From NCBI GenBank assembly GCA_031374115.1, contig JANMNO010000016.1, forward strand, positions 14,999 to 78,998: 64,000 nucleotides of DNA, in the 5' to 3' direction. Made by a program: the position numbers and the translations under genes. Shown here one piece after another: positions 1 to 12,132 of this stretch. Within the stretch, counting starts at the first letter, position 1, and every line of letters starts with the position of its first letter. This DNA is from Hyphomicrobiaceae bacterium. GTDB taxonomy: Bacteria; Pseudomonadota; Alphaproteobacteria; Rhizobiales; Hyphomicrobiaceae. The notes under the pieces were generated by a model. The model saw nothing but the letters and a program-made list of their open reading frames with translations, made no database searches and had not been told where the DNA came from.

Positions 1-276
1 ATCGCCTGCACAGCCGTCAACGACATTTTCGTCCTGACGAACTGGGCGAAAGACACTGGCGCCGAAGGAAAAATCACCATGCTTGCCGATGGTAGCGCCG
101 ATTTCGCCAAGAAGCTTGGTCTTGACATCGATCTCAACACTCGCGGCCTGGGCGTACGTTCTAAGCGCTACTCGATGGTCGTCGACAATGGCGTCGTTTC
201 AGTCTTGAACATCGAGGATGCTCCCCCGCAACACGACAAGTCGAGCGCCACAACGCTTCTATCCTGCAAATTCTGA
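1..276 (+). CDS. peroxiredoxin (Prx5/PrxD-like), 3' fragment; 5' end lies outside the window
   Basis: Frame 1 is open from nt 1 to the stop at 274-276. The translation IACTAVNDIFVLTNWAKDTGAEGKITMLADGSADFAKKLGLDIDLNTRGLGVRSKRYSMVVDNGVV looks like the C-terminal half of type-5 peroxiredoxins. Confidence 0.75.
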   Translation: MACTAVNDIFVLTNWAKDTGAEGKITMLADGSADFAKKLGLDIDLNTRGLGVRSKRYSMVVDNGVVSVLNIEDAPPQHDKSSATTLLSCKF

Positions 277-299
277 GCTGTTGATGAGCGGGCGGTGGC

Positions 300-881
300 T
301 TATCTGCCGCCCGCGTTGCTGGTTTCGACGGCATTCGATCCAGCGCGGATCAATTCGTCGGACCGCAAAAAAGCTTCGACATCGGGCGCGATCGGCGGGG
401 CCGTGACATCGGCGCCAACCTCTTGGAGCAACCGCTCGATCGGCAGGAAAGCTTTCGTTCGCCGATCGTATATTCCGCCCTTGAACATTGCACGCGACGC
501 GACCTGACCAGAACGCGGGCCGGTGGAGAAACGCAGCACTTGCTCCATCACGACCGTGACGTCGGTCCAAGCCAACAGCCGGGTTTCGAGATCGAACTTA
601 TCGAACACGCGCAACTCGCGCCGGAACCGGATAGCAATGCCGCTGGCGATCGGCGTCCAGCGCCGCTTTATGAGAACTTTCCACAGACCGGTGCGGACCA
701 TAAAATCGAGCCGTCCGAGATCCATGATCGTCAGATAACGCCCGTTGTTCATATGCAAAGACAGGTCGAGATCGGTGGGCCAAACCCGAAAACTCAAACG
801 CGATACTTCATCGGGCTGCGTCAGTGATGGCCGAAACCACGCCGTCGCCAAGTACCAGATCAATCGAATCCATAGGTTCAT
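300..881 (-). CDS. hotdog-fold thioesterase-like protein
   Basis: ORF 300..944(-). Start trimmed to the ATG at 881 (MNLWIRLIWYL...). The block WPTDLDLSLHMNNGRYLTIMDLGRLDF is typical of the 4HBT-type acyl-CoA thioesterase family. Confidence 0.55.
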   Translation of the reverse strand: MNLWIRLIWYLATAWFRPSLTQPDEVSRLSFRVWPTDLDLSLHMNNGRYLTIMDLGRLDFMVRTGLWKVLIKRRWTPIASGIAIRFRRELRVFDKFDLETRLLAWTDVTVVMEQVLRFSTGPRSGQVASRAMFKGGIYDRRTKAFLPIERLLQEVGADVTAPPIAPDVEAFLRSDELIRAGSNAVETSNAGGR

Positions 882-959
882 GCATTGGGTTCCCTGCTCT
901 ATTCGTGCGGGTACCGCTACAAGTGGTTTGCAGCAAGGGCGCAAAGTTGCACAGGATGA

Positions 960-2093
960 TCACCACTTCGTGTCAAGCCTCGACGCATCGGCGAGCGCTA
1001 ACGGTAGTGTCTCGGCGAAGATCGCAAGATCGGCTGGCAATCCCGCACTGACACGAATGCAACGATCCATCGGTGCGACGCCCGGCATGCGAACGAACAC
1101 GTCGCGCGCGATCAAGGCGTTCAAAACGCGCTTGGCGAACGCACCATCTCGCTTGCAGTCGATGGCGACGAAGTTGGTTGCCGACGGCAATGCCTCGAGG
1201 CCGTTGTGCGATGCGATTTCTGCGATGCGCACTTTCGATGCCGAGACTTTCGCTACCACATGGCGCAGGTACGCTTGATCCTTGATCGCGGCCAGTGCGC
1301 CCGCCTGCGCAATGCGTGACACGCCGAAATGATTACGGATCTTGTCAAAGCTCTTAATGACGTTGGCCTCGCCCAGGATGTAGCCGATGCGCGCGCCGGC
1401 CATCCCGTATGCCTTCGAGAACGTGCGAAAGCGCAGCACCTGAGGGTTGTTCATATCAAGTTTCGGCAACACGTCCTCGGGTGCAAAATCGCCGTATGCT
1501 TCGTCCAGGCACAGCACCGCCCCTGGCGGCAAACGATCGATGAAACTTTGAATGTCGGACGCCGGCCACCACGACCCCATCGGGTTGTCCGGATTTGACA
1601 GATAGATCATCCGGGCATTTTCGGCACGCGCGAGGGCGAGCAAGGCCTCCGGATTTTCGCGATCGTTTTTGTAGGGCGCAAAGACCAAGCGGCCGCCGTA
1701 TCCCGTTACGTGGAAATTGAAGGTCGGGTACGCGCCGCGCGACGTGGCCACCACCTCGCCCGGATCGAGGAACAGCCGCACAGCATAACCGAACATGCCG
1801 TCGATGCCTTCGCCGACCATGACGTTGCCGGGGGTGACGCCGTGGTGAGCTGCGATTGCCACCTTGAGATCGTGATTTTCCGGGTCACAGTACATCCACA
1901 CGTCGGCAGCTTCCGCTGCCATCGCCGCAATAGCCCTTGGCGACGGGCCGAACACGCTCTCGTTGGCGCCAATGCGGGCCCGAAACTTTGCGCCGCGCGC
2001 TCGCTCCTGCGCCTCGGGTCCGACGAATGGCACAGTCGAGGGCAAATCGGTGCACAGAGTAGCTTGGCGTGGCGCGGGGATACGCTGTTGCAC
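960..2093 (-). CDS. class-II PLP aminotransferase (histidinol-phosphate/aromatic aminotransferase family)
   Basis: 377-aa ORF. It has the PLP-lysine context RTFSKAYGMAGARIGY and an SNPDNPMG block characteristic of HisC-type aminotransferases. The exact start is uncertain. Confidence 0.75.
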   Translation of the reverse strand: MQQRIPAPRQATLCTDLPSTVPFVGPEAQERARGAKFRARIGANESVFGPSPRAIAAMAAEAADVWMYCDPENHDLKVAIAAHHGVTPGNVMVGEGIDGMFGYAVRLFLDPGEVVATSRGAYPTFNFHVTGYGGRLVFAPYKNDRENPEALLALARAENARMIYLSNPDNPMGSWWPASDIQSFIDRLPPGAVLCLDEAYGDFAPEDVLPKLDMNNPQVLRFRTFSKAYGMAGARIGYILGEANVIKSFDKIRNHFGVSRIAQAGALAAIKDQAYLRHVVAKVSASKVRIAEIASHNGLEALPSATNFVAIDCKRDGAFAKRVLNALIARDVFVRMPGVAPMDRCIRVSAGLPADLAIFAETLPLALADASRLDTKW

Positions 2094-2156
2094 GAGAGTG
2101 AACTCCTGGAGGCTGCCAGCATTGTCAGCGCAGTTCTTAGCGGCAGCCAGCTACGC

Positions 2157-2597
2157 TTACAACAGGCCTAGGTCGGCTAGGTCCTTGCGCATTTTCGGCG
2201 GCAGTTTCGTTACGCTATCACGCGCACTGCCAGTGAGATCAGCCGGTGCGTCATCGGCCGTCAGATAGCGCCAACCTTGAAATGCCTTGCGAACGGCTGG
2301 GCGCACCGGGATCAATTTTGCGTCGAGTATGAATAGACAACAAGGCGTGCCGTCGTCCTTTGTGCCGCTATCGAACCCAGTGATCTGCTGGCGCACCTGA
2401 ATGATCCCCTTGATCACCCAGTACAGCGAGCCTTTCCCGGCGATCTCGTCCTGGCGCTTGGGCGCCATGCGCGTGGTGTGAAACAGGCGCGGCACCTGAT
2501 ACGCCCGCTTCTGCTCGGCGAGGCGGCCGCGCTGCCAATGCGCCAAGTCGTCGATGCTCTCCGCGCCGACGCACAGCTTGATGATGTGAAGCGTCAT
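2157..2597 (-). CDS. DUF1489-family protein
   Basis: 146-aa ORF MTLHIIKLCVGAESIDDLAHWQ...LYWVIKG, matching the conserved small alphaproteobacterial DUF1489 family as I remember it. Confidence 0.65.
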   Translation of the reverse strand: MTLHIIKLCVGAESIDDLAHWQRGRLAEQKRAYQVPRLFHTTRMAPKRQDEIAGKGSLYWVIKGIIQVRQQITGFDSGTKDDGTPCCLFILDAKLIPVRPAVRKAFQGWRYLTADDAPADLTGSARDSVTKLPPKMRKDLADLGLL

Positions 2598-2633
2598 CCG
2601 TCCGCTCGTCTCCCCTGTGGCGTCAAGTAATCA

Positions 2634-4625
2634 TCAACCGGCCGTCGCCTGGCCGTTGCCCGCATGGACGGAATTGCCGTTCGCTGCTCCCGGTACTCCG
2701 GAAAGCGCGAGTTGCGGCCTGGCGACGATGCCCAGCCGTTCCTCTGCCGCGGACAGAATTTGCCCCAACAGTTCGGAGTACCGTATGCCGGCAAAACCCG
2801 CCATGATGTTCAGCTTGCCATCCCAACACCAGCCAGGATTGGGATTCACTTCCAGCAGCTTGACCTCCCCATTGGCATCGGCGCGGAAGTCGAACCGCGC
2901 GTACTCCCGGCATCCAAGGCGTTCAAACAGACGCGCAGAGTGTTCGATCATCTGCGCCTGGATATGATCCGGCAACTGCGCCTCATGATACTTTATCTGC
3001 GTCCAGTAGGGGCTGTCCGGCTCCCACTTGGACTCGTATCCGAGGATCTTCGGTAGATTTGGGTCGAGCCGGGAGAAATCAACTTCGAGGATCGGCAGCG
3101 CCCGCAAATTCTGATCCGGGTTGCCAACCATGCTGACCGAATATTCGGCACCCGGCAGATACTCCTGCACCAGCACGGGACGGCGCGGGAACTCGGTCCG
3201 CAGCCGCTCCAGATAGTCGAGCAGTGCGCCTTTGTTGCGAACCACGGCATCCTTGGTGATACCTTGCGAGCTGTCGCCATAGTTAGGCTTCAGGATCGCC
3301 GGGAACACCGACGGCAAGGTCGCACCCTGATCGGTCGGCCGAACATAAGTCTCGAGCGGCACCGGCACATCGAGCGATGCCGCAACCGCGCGCACGAGCC
3401 CCTTGTCGTAACAGGCAGCCAACGCCGGCGCTGCAGCGCCCGTATACGGAATGCCCAGCACATCGAGGAGTGCCGGTACATGCAGCTCCTTGAACGGATC
3501 GTTGTTCCAGCCTTCATCGCAGAAATTCAACACGAGATCGGTGCGCAGGGCGCCGAGATCACGCTCCAGCGTCGCGTGATTGTCGAGGAAGCGGAACTTG
3601 TAGTTCGGCAGTTCCGATAGCGCGTCCTTGAGACGGCGCACCGTATCGAGGTCTTCCGGATTGAACGTGCCGCCGCGTTTCACCTGGTCTGGCAAGCGGG
3701 GATCGCCCATCAGCACCGTGACGTCGATCTGCTGGACGCGGCCCTTCGCCTTACGGGCCGGCAACTGCGGTGCGTCGGCGGTGAGCAGGATGCGCCGCGC
3801 CATCATACCGAGATCCTGGTCGCGGTCGGACTGGGCTTCGACGTGACCATGATGGCGGACGTTGCGAAAACCGCACTTTTCCAGCAGACGGGTGATGCCG
3901 TCGCGGGTGTACAGGCGCTCGGCGTAGAATTGGTCGGCGATGACGCCGCTCTCGTCGTGCACGATGACTTCGCGGCTGATCAACCGGTCGCCATCCTGGC
4001 TTATCGAGCGTTCGCGGCAGACGAAATGATGTTCGTCGATCCACTCCCACGAGCGGCGGTCGAAGTGCTCGGCCATATGGGCGCCATCGGTGATGTCGAG
4101 CACGATCTGGCCGGACGGGCGCAGAATCTTGCCGACCATCGTTAAAACTTTCTCGTCGTCCTTCTTGTTTGAGAAGTAACCGAACGAGTTGCCCATGATG
4201 GCGACGCAATCGAACGTGCTCTCCGGCAGTCGTGGATTGCGCGCATCGCCTTCCTTGAATATGACCTGCAAGCCTTCGCTCTGCGCGCGCTTTTTGGCGA
4301 GCCGGATCAGATAGCGGGACCGATCGACGCCATTGACTTGTCTGAAGCCGCGACGGGCAAGCTCGATGCAATGGCGGCCCTGGCCGCAGCATAGATCGAG
4401 AATGGTGCTATGCGGTTGAATTGCCGCCGCCGACATGATGAAATCGACTTCCCGTCGTGTATTTTCGCTATTTTCGACGACGTCGCCGTCGGTCTTGACG
4501 TACATCGCGTTGAACAGCTTGCGCCACCATTCGGCCGGCAGGTGCGCCTCGAGGTCGCCGACTGGACCGAGGCATGAGCGCACCGGCTGGCGCTTTGGCC
4601 GCTTCGCCTTGGCAGCTGTTGCCAT
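2634..4625 (-). CDS. fusion protein: N-terminal class I SAM-dependent methyltransferase + C-terminal D-Ala-D-Ala-ligase-like ATP-grasp domain
   Basis: 663-aa ORF. The N-terminal half carries SAM motif I (ILDLCCGQGRHCIELARRGF). The C-terminal half carries ATP-grasp blocks (LKPNYGDSSQGI, EYLPGAEYSVSMVG, ARFDFRADANGEVKLLEVNPNPG). Confidence 0.7.
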   Translation of the reverse strand: MATAAKAKRPKRQPVRSCLGPVGDLEAHLPAEWWRKLFNAMYVKTDGDVVENSENTRREVDFIMSAAAIQPHSTILDLCCGQGRHCIELARRGFRQVNGVDRSRYLIRLAKKRAQSEGLQVIFKEGDARNPRLPESTFDCVAIMGNSFGYFSNKKDDEKVLTMVGKILRPSGQIVLDITDGAHMAEHFDRRSWEWIDEHHFVCRERSISQDGDRLISREVIVHDESGVIADQFYAERLYTRDGITRLLEKCGFRNVRHHGHVEAQSDRDQDLGMMARRILLTADAPQLPARKAKGRVQQIDVTVLMGDPRLPDQVKRGGTFNPEDLDTVRRLKDALSELPNYKFRFLDNHATLERDLGALRTDLVLNFCDEGWNNDPFKELHVPALLDVLGIPYTGAAAPALAACYDKGLVRAVAASLDVPVPLETYVRPTDQGATLPSVFPAILKPNYGDSSQGITKDAVVRNKGALLDYLERLRTEFPRRPVLVQEYLPGAEYSVSMVGNPDQNLRALPILEVDFSRLDPNLPKILGYESKWEPDSPYWTQIKYHEAQLPDHIQAQMIEHSARLFERLGCREYARFDFRADANGEVKLLEVNPNPGWCWDGKLNIMAGFAGIRYSELLGQILSAAEERLGIVARPQLALSGVPGAANGNSVHAGNGQATAG

Positions 4626-4821
4626 GATGGACGAAAACCCTCCCCTAGCTGCCCGCAGTTTTCGCGGTGAGACGATGGTCTCTGATCGTCGCGATCCTTA
4701 TCGCGCTGCAAGGTCATTGCAAGCACGAATTTGGGAGCTATCGGCGAAGTTACGAGATGCAATTGCGCTGCCGCTCGTCTTTAATTTGCGCCAGGCGCGC
4801 ACGCGCGCTGTTTGGAACGAT

Positions 4822-4855
4822 AAACGCAAAGGCCCCGGAGCTTTGCTCCGAGGCC
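4822..4855 (-). terminator. putative intrinsic terminator downstream of the PPIase gene
   Basis: Hairpin GGCCCCGGAG/CTCCGAGGCC (4831-4855, one bulge). On the minus strand it is followed by a U-rich tract (complement of 4822-4830). It lies about 30 nt after the stop at 4888. Confidence 0.45.
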
Positions 4856-4887
4856 TACCTATCCACAGATAACATGATGAGGTTTGA

Positions 4888-5799
4888 TTATTGCTTCGGT
4901 GGCTGCGCACCACCTGGCGCCGTCTTCTCCGCTTCGACCTGCTTTTTCACTTCAGGATCGACATATTCGAGTGTCGCCTTGCTGCGCAGACCATCAAGCG
5001 TCTCCTGCGCTTTCTTGTGCATGAGCGACGCGATGATGCGCTCCTTCACGGCGGCGAACTCTGGGATCGTTGGGGCCGGCTTTTCACGGCGATCGTCAAG
5101 ACGGATGATGTGCCAGCCAAACTGGGTTTGAACTGGCGTCGAGAGCTCACCTTTTTTCAGTTTGAATGCCGCTTCTTCGAACTGCGGCACCATCTGTCCT
5201 TTGCCGAAGTAGCCGAGACTTCCGCCTTCCTCCTTGCTTCCAGGATCAAGTGAGTTGGCCTTGGCGGCCTCGGTAAATGCTTTTTCGTCGCCGGCCGTGA
5301 GCTTGGCCGCAATGTCCTTGGCCAGCGCCTCCTCCTTCACAAGGATGTGACTGGCCTTGACCTCTTCCTCAGGCTTGGCCTGAGCGAGTTGGGCTACTTG
5401 AGCATCATAAAGCTTGCGCGCCTCGTCCTCGGACACCGAACTCTTCACGCTGGTGTCGAAGTAGGTTTCCCGCAAGGCACGGCGGCGCCAGTATTGGAGC
5501 CTTTCATCGAATGCCGCTCCGGTACCCAGCTTCTGGGATTCGGCAGCATCCGCGAACAACTGGTTCTCGATGAGATACTCGATCAAGACCCGACGGCGCG
5601 TCGCCTCGGGCAGATTGCCGATATCCGCGCCAATCTCGGCCTCAGCGTACTTCAAATCGCTCTCGGTCAAATTCTTGCCATTGACCTTCGCGACGACCTT
5701 TTCCTGAGCGGTGGCCATGGGCGCAGCTAGCGGAGCGGCGAGCATGAAGCCGGCGGCGATTGCGCGGAGCAGACGGTGATGACGCTTTTTGACTGTCAC
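4888..5799 (-). CDS. periplasmic parvulin-type peptidyl-prolyl cis-trans isomerase (SurA/PpiD-like)
   Basis: 303-aa ORF with a signal peptide (AAGFMLAAPLAAPMATAQE), a chaperone-like N-domain and a parvulin domain (ASHILVK...GGSLGYFGKGQMVPQFEEAAF...FGWHIIRL). Confidence 0.8.
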   Translation of the reverse strand: MTVKKRHHRLLRAIAAGFMLAAPLAAPMATAQEKVVAKVNGKNLTESDLKYAEAEIGADIGNLPEATRRRVLIEYLIENQLFADAAESQKLGTGAAFDERLQYWRRRALRETYFDTSVKSSVSEDEARKLYDAQVAQLAQAKPEEEVKASHILVKEEALAKDIAAKLTAGDEKAFTEAAKANSLDPGSKEEGGSLGYFGKGQMVPQFEEAAFKLKKGELSTPVQTQFGWHIIRLDDRREKPAPTIPEFAAVKERIIASLMHKKAQETLDGLRSKATLEYVDPEVKKQVEAEKTAPGGAQPPKQ

Positions 5800-6150
5800 A
5801 GGTACATTCCTTGATTAGATGTCGGATTCGCATGTTTTTCGGGCGCTCATAAACCGGCGCCAACTCGATTGCCAGTTAACAAATGGACACGTGGCAGTAT
5901 TACGGCCACCGCTGGCGGCCATTGTTGCGTCATTCATTGACATTCCAGGGGGGCAGTCCTTATTTCACTGAAACGAAGCGGGGCTGTCAGGCCACCGGGA
6001 GCTTCGGCGCGGACGGGCAGTTGCCCTGAACAATGGCCCAAGCGATCTGCGACCTGATGATGTTCGTCCTCCACCCACCAGATTCTCTTCCCGGCAATGC
6101 CGGGAGCGGCGATTTTCGCCGATCAAACACGAAGCTTGAGGAATATACGC

Positions 6151-8985
<2,835 letters not shown>

Positions 8986-9037
8986 ACCTCTGCGGGCTCG
9001 CCTGCATTGATCGCGATGGCCACGACATGATGAACCG

Positions 9038-9670
9038 ATGCCACTGACAGCGCGCGCCAAAAGCTTCGGGCGCGTTGGCGTGGGCGCGCCGCCGGCACTA
9101 CCTGGTCAGGCAATCGGAATTCTTGGCGGAACGTTCAATCCACCCCACGACGGGCATGCGCTGATAACCGAAATCGCGTTACGCAGGCTTCGGCTTGATC
9201 GGCTCTGGTGGGTGGTCACGCCCGGCAATCCACTGAAATCGAATGGCGGGTTACCGCCCCTCGCGCTTCGCATCGGCGCGTGCAAAGAGTTGATCGACAA
9301 TCCGCGCGTGGAGGTCACCGGCTTTGAGGAGCGTCTCGGTACGCCGTATACAGCCGCTACGCTCGGATATCTGCGCCGGCGTTTTCCAGGCGTTCGCTTC
9401 GTTTGGATCATGGGAGCGGACAACCTGGCGACGTTCCATCGCTGGCAGCGGTGGCGCGAAATCGCCAGGGAAGTGCCGATCGCCGTCGTCGATCGGCCGG
9501 GATGGCGTCTCAAGGGAATGTCGTCACCGGCCGCGCGTTCGCTCAGCGCAGCGTTCATTCCGGAGTTGCAGGCAGCTAACCTGGCCCGAATGAAAGCGCC
9601 TGCTTGGACGCTGTTGAGTGGCCCGCTTTCGCCGTTGTCGTCGACAGCGCTGCGCGCGGCGAAATCCTGA
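9038..9670 (+). CDS. nadD: nicotinate-nucleotide adenylyltransferase
   Basis: GILGGTFNPPHDGH (HxGH nucleotidyltransferase motif) and a C-terminal ISSTxxR-like SSTALR. Precedes rsfS-rlmH as in many bacteria. The start could be further downstream. Confidence 0.85.
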   Translation: MPLTARAKSFGRVGVGAPPALPGQAIGILGGTFNPPHDGHALITEIALRRLRLDRLWWVVTPGNPLKSNGGLPPLALRIGACKELIDNPRVEVTGFEERLGTPYTAATLGYLRRRFPGVRFVWIMGADNLATFHRWQRWREIAREVPIAVVDRPGWRLKGMSSPAARSLSAAFIPELQAANLARMKAPAWTLLSGPLSPLSSTALRAAKS

Positions 9671-9910
9671 CTGCAGGTGATGCACCGCCGGCATTGATGC
9701 CCGTTAACCACACGCTGGAACCATCAGCACGTGGTGACAATTGAATGGTCAACCGAACCGGTTTAGACTAGCAGTTGCGTAAACGTTCATGCCGGTGCGC
9801 CGTTGTTGTGTCACGAAGGCCGGTTATGAGGCAAGTGCAGAGCCCCCGCTGCGGGGTGGAGAAACGGCTCCGCGCAGCAGATATGGCAACAGAAGGAACC
9901 TTGCCAGCAT

Positions 9911-10327
9911 ATGAGAACCGCGCATGAGGGTGCCCACCGCGGCGCCGCTCCAAACGAAGCTGTCGCCAATGCTACGGAGACGAGCTCGTCAAAACTCCTC
10001 GATCAGATCACGGTCTGGCTCGACGAGGCCAAGGCTGAGGATATCGTATCAATCGACCTCGCCGGCAAATCCAGCATCGCCGACAGCATGATAATCGCCA
10101 CCGGCCGCACGGACCGGCACGTCGGCGCGATTGCTGACCAGCTGCAGCAACACCTACGCGATGCCGGCTGCCGCAAGCTGCGGCTCGAGGGCATGCAGAC
10201 CTGCGACTGGGTGCTCATCGACACCGGTGATATCATAATTCACCTATTCCGGCCCGAAGTCCGCGAGTTCTACAATCTCGAAAAGATGTGGTCCGGCGAG
10301 CGTCCGCCAGAGCCGGCATCGCACTAA
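9911..10327 (+). CDS. rsfS: ribosome silencing factor RsfS
   Basis: 138-aa ORF with the blocks DLAGKSSIADSMIIATGRTDRHV and DWVLIDTGDIIIHLFRPEVREFYNLEKMW, typical of RsfS/iojap. Confidence 0.85.
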   Translation: MRTAHEGAHRGAAPNEAVANATETSSSKLLDQITVWLDEAKAEDIVSIDLAGKSSIADSMIIATGRTDRHVGAIADQLQQHLRDAGCRKLRLEGMQTCDWVLIDTGDIIIHLFRPEVREFYNLEKMWSGERPPEPASH

Positions 10328-10334
10328 TGAACCA

Positions 10335-10817
10335 ATGCGTATCGTCATCGCGGCGGTCGGACGGCTGAAGAAGGGCCCGGATCGGGACCTCCTCGACCGT
10401 TATCTCAAGCGGCTAGCCCAGTCGGGCCGCGCCCTCAGTCTTGCGCCGGTCGATTTGCTCGAGATCGTCGAAGGCCGGGGCGCTACCGCCGCATTGCGTC
10501 AAGCCGATGAGGCGGCGCGCCTGTTGAAACTGGCAAGCGGGGTCGAAGCACTGATCGCGCTCGACGAGGCCGGCCGCACACATTCCAGCCGTATATTCGC
10601 GGATACGATCGCCAAGTACCGCGATCAAGGCACGCAGAGCATTGCATTTCTGATCGGTGGACCCGACGGTCATGGCGACGAGGTTCGCCGCGCCGCCAGC
10701 CTCAAACTAGCGCTTGGTCCGATGACGTTGCCACATGGGCTCGTCCGCATCGTGCTGGCCGAACAGCTTTATCGAGCCACTACGATACTGGCTGGTCACC
10801 CCTATCATCGCGACTGA
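10335..10817 (+). CDS. rlmH: 23S rRNA (pseudouridine1915-N3)-methyltransferase RlmH
   Basis: 160-aa SPOUT protein ending LPHGLVRIVLAEQLYRATTILAGHPYHRD. Conserved position after rsfS. Confidence 0.9.
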   Translation: MRIVIAAVGRLKKGPDRDLLDRYLKRLAQSGRALSLAPVDLLEIVEGRGATAALRQADEAARLLKLASGVEALIALDEAGRTHSSRIFADTIAKYRDQGTQSIAFLIGGPDGHGDEVRRAASLKLALGPMTLPHGLVRIVLAEQLYRATTILAGHPYHRD

Positions 10818-11442
10818 GTTCTCGCTCGCAGGCGAGGTCGTCTCGACTGAGCCGCGCGTAGGTGCGAACGGCGATGGCAGAAAGCACGGTAATGGCGAGC
10901 CCACCGGCAACAAAAATGATATTCGCCGCCCAATCGGGTCGCACGCTCGCAACCTTTCCCGAGAAAACGAGAATGAGGATCCCGCCAATGGCGGCGATAC
11001 CTTGTGCTGCCGCCAGCATCGCTGCGGTCTTAAGATGACGTGGCGCGCGCAAAACGCTGTTGGCGTTGCCGAGCTGCAGCGAGTAGGCAAAGCCTAGCGC
11101 TGCGATCAGCGCCATGCCAGATCCATACTGCCAGCCGTGCTGCCAGCGCAGTCCTGACAGCATGTAGACTGCCAGCATCGAGGCAGCGCCGGCACCCCAC
11201 GTCCATGCAATCAATCGGGCGTTGCGACGTGAAGCAGTGGCGATCGTGCCGGGACCGCGAACGGTTCGTGCTGTCCAATATGGTGCGTTCACTCGCAGGG
11301 CCACGAACGTTGACATCACGGGCAGGAACAAAGCGGCGGCGCCGGACATCCACGCCGAACCCGCGCGCGCGCCCATCACCTGACCGATGACGGCCGGGAC
11401 GAACGCCGCCAAGAGCCAAAGGATGAAGGGCTGCACCGGCAT
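10780..11442 (-). CDS. polytopic membrane protein, paralogue A (unknown function)
   Basis: Start trimmed to the ATG at 11442 (MPVQPFILWLLAAF...). About 6 hydrophobic segments. Shares blocks with the upstream gene (ARLIAWTWGAGA.. versus ARSMGLVWTWAAL..; ..RPDWAANIIFVAGGLA.. versus ..FTDWPAKNVMFFGAMA..). Its 3' end overlaps the rlmH 3' end by 38 nt. Confidence 0.55.
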   Translation of the reverse strand: MPVQPFILWLLAAFVPAVIGQVMGARAGSAWMSGAAALFLPVMSTFVALRVNAPYWTARTVRGPGTIATASRRNARLIAWTWGAGAASMLAVYMLSGLRWQHGWQYGSGMALIAALGFAYSLQLGNANSVLRAPRHLKTAAMLAAAQGIAAIGGILILVFSGKVASVRPDWAANIIFVAGGLAITVLSAIAVRTYARLSRDDLACERELSRDDRGDQPVS

Positions 11443-11462
11443 ACGCGCATCAACTCGCTTTG

Positions 11463-12083
11463 TTACGAGGCAATGCGACGTGAAGGAATCAATTTCAAGG
11501 CGGCGCCGCTGATTGCGGCCAGCGCCATTGCGCCAAAAAACATTACGTTCTTGGCCGGCCAATCGGTAAAGCGTTCAACTAGGAACCGCTTCATCTGGCC
11601 GTCGACCAGAAATCCGATCATCAACACGATCATCCCAACAAGCTGTGCAAGCGCAACAAAACGCGCCATCGTCAACATCGTTTCATCATGACCACCAGCG
11701 TTCGACGATTTTGACAGTATGTTCGAGATCGCGAGGCATAACCCGCCGACGGCGACCAACCCTACGACATGCGCGGGCCATTCTTTCCAGCTGAGAACTC
11801 CGGTCCCGTACGTTACGAATATAACGAGCGCCGCCCAGGTCCATACGAGCCCCATCGAGCGTGCGCTTTTCGCAGCTAACGTTGCGCGTGGTTCACCCGC
11901 CGCTGCAGACGCTGTCAACTCCCGGATCGCCATCAAGGCGAAAAGAATGTTCGTACCGGCTGCGATCGCCAAATGGGCATAGGCCATAGTGACATCACCC
12001 GGCCTCGCGGCAGCACTGATCACGAGGACCGCAACGCTCACCCCAATTGCCAGTATCCAAGCGACCATGGAGACATGTCCCAT
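11463..12083 (-). CDS. polytopic membrane protein, paralogue B (unknown function)
   Basis: 206-aa hydrophobic ORF. It ends 20 nt upstream of paralogue A and shares its sequence blocks. Confidence 0.55.
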   Translation of the reverse strand: MGHVSMVAWILAIGVSVAVLVISAAARPGDVTMAYAHLAIAAGTNILFALMAIRELTASAAAGEPRATLAAKSARSMGLVWTWAALVIFVTYGTGVLSWKEWPAHVVGLVAVGGLCLAISNILSKSSNAGGHDETMLTMARFVALAQLVGMIVLMIGFLVDGQMKRFLVERFTDWPAKNVMFFGAMALAAISGAALKLIPSRRIAS

Positions 12084-12132
12084 TTCTCGTTTCCAACCGC
12101 GCAGTCAACTACCGCAAGTTGGTAAACAATCA

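Noticed and set aside
9870-9900. Sigma-54-like TGGCA...TTGC string upstream of rsfS
   Set aside because: The GG-to-GC spacing is about 17 nt instead of the required 10, so it does not fit the -24/-12 architecture.
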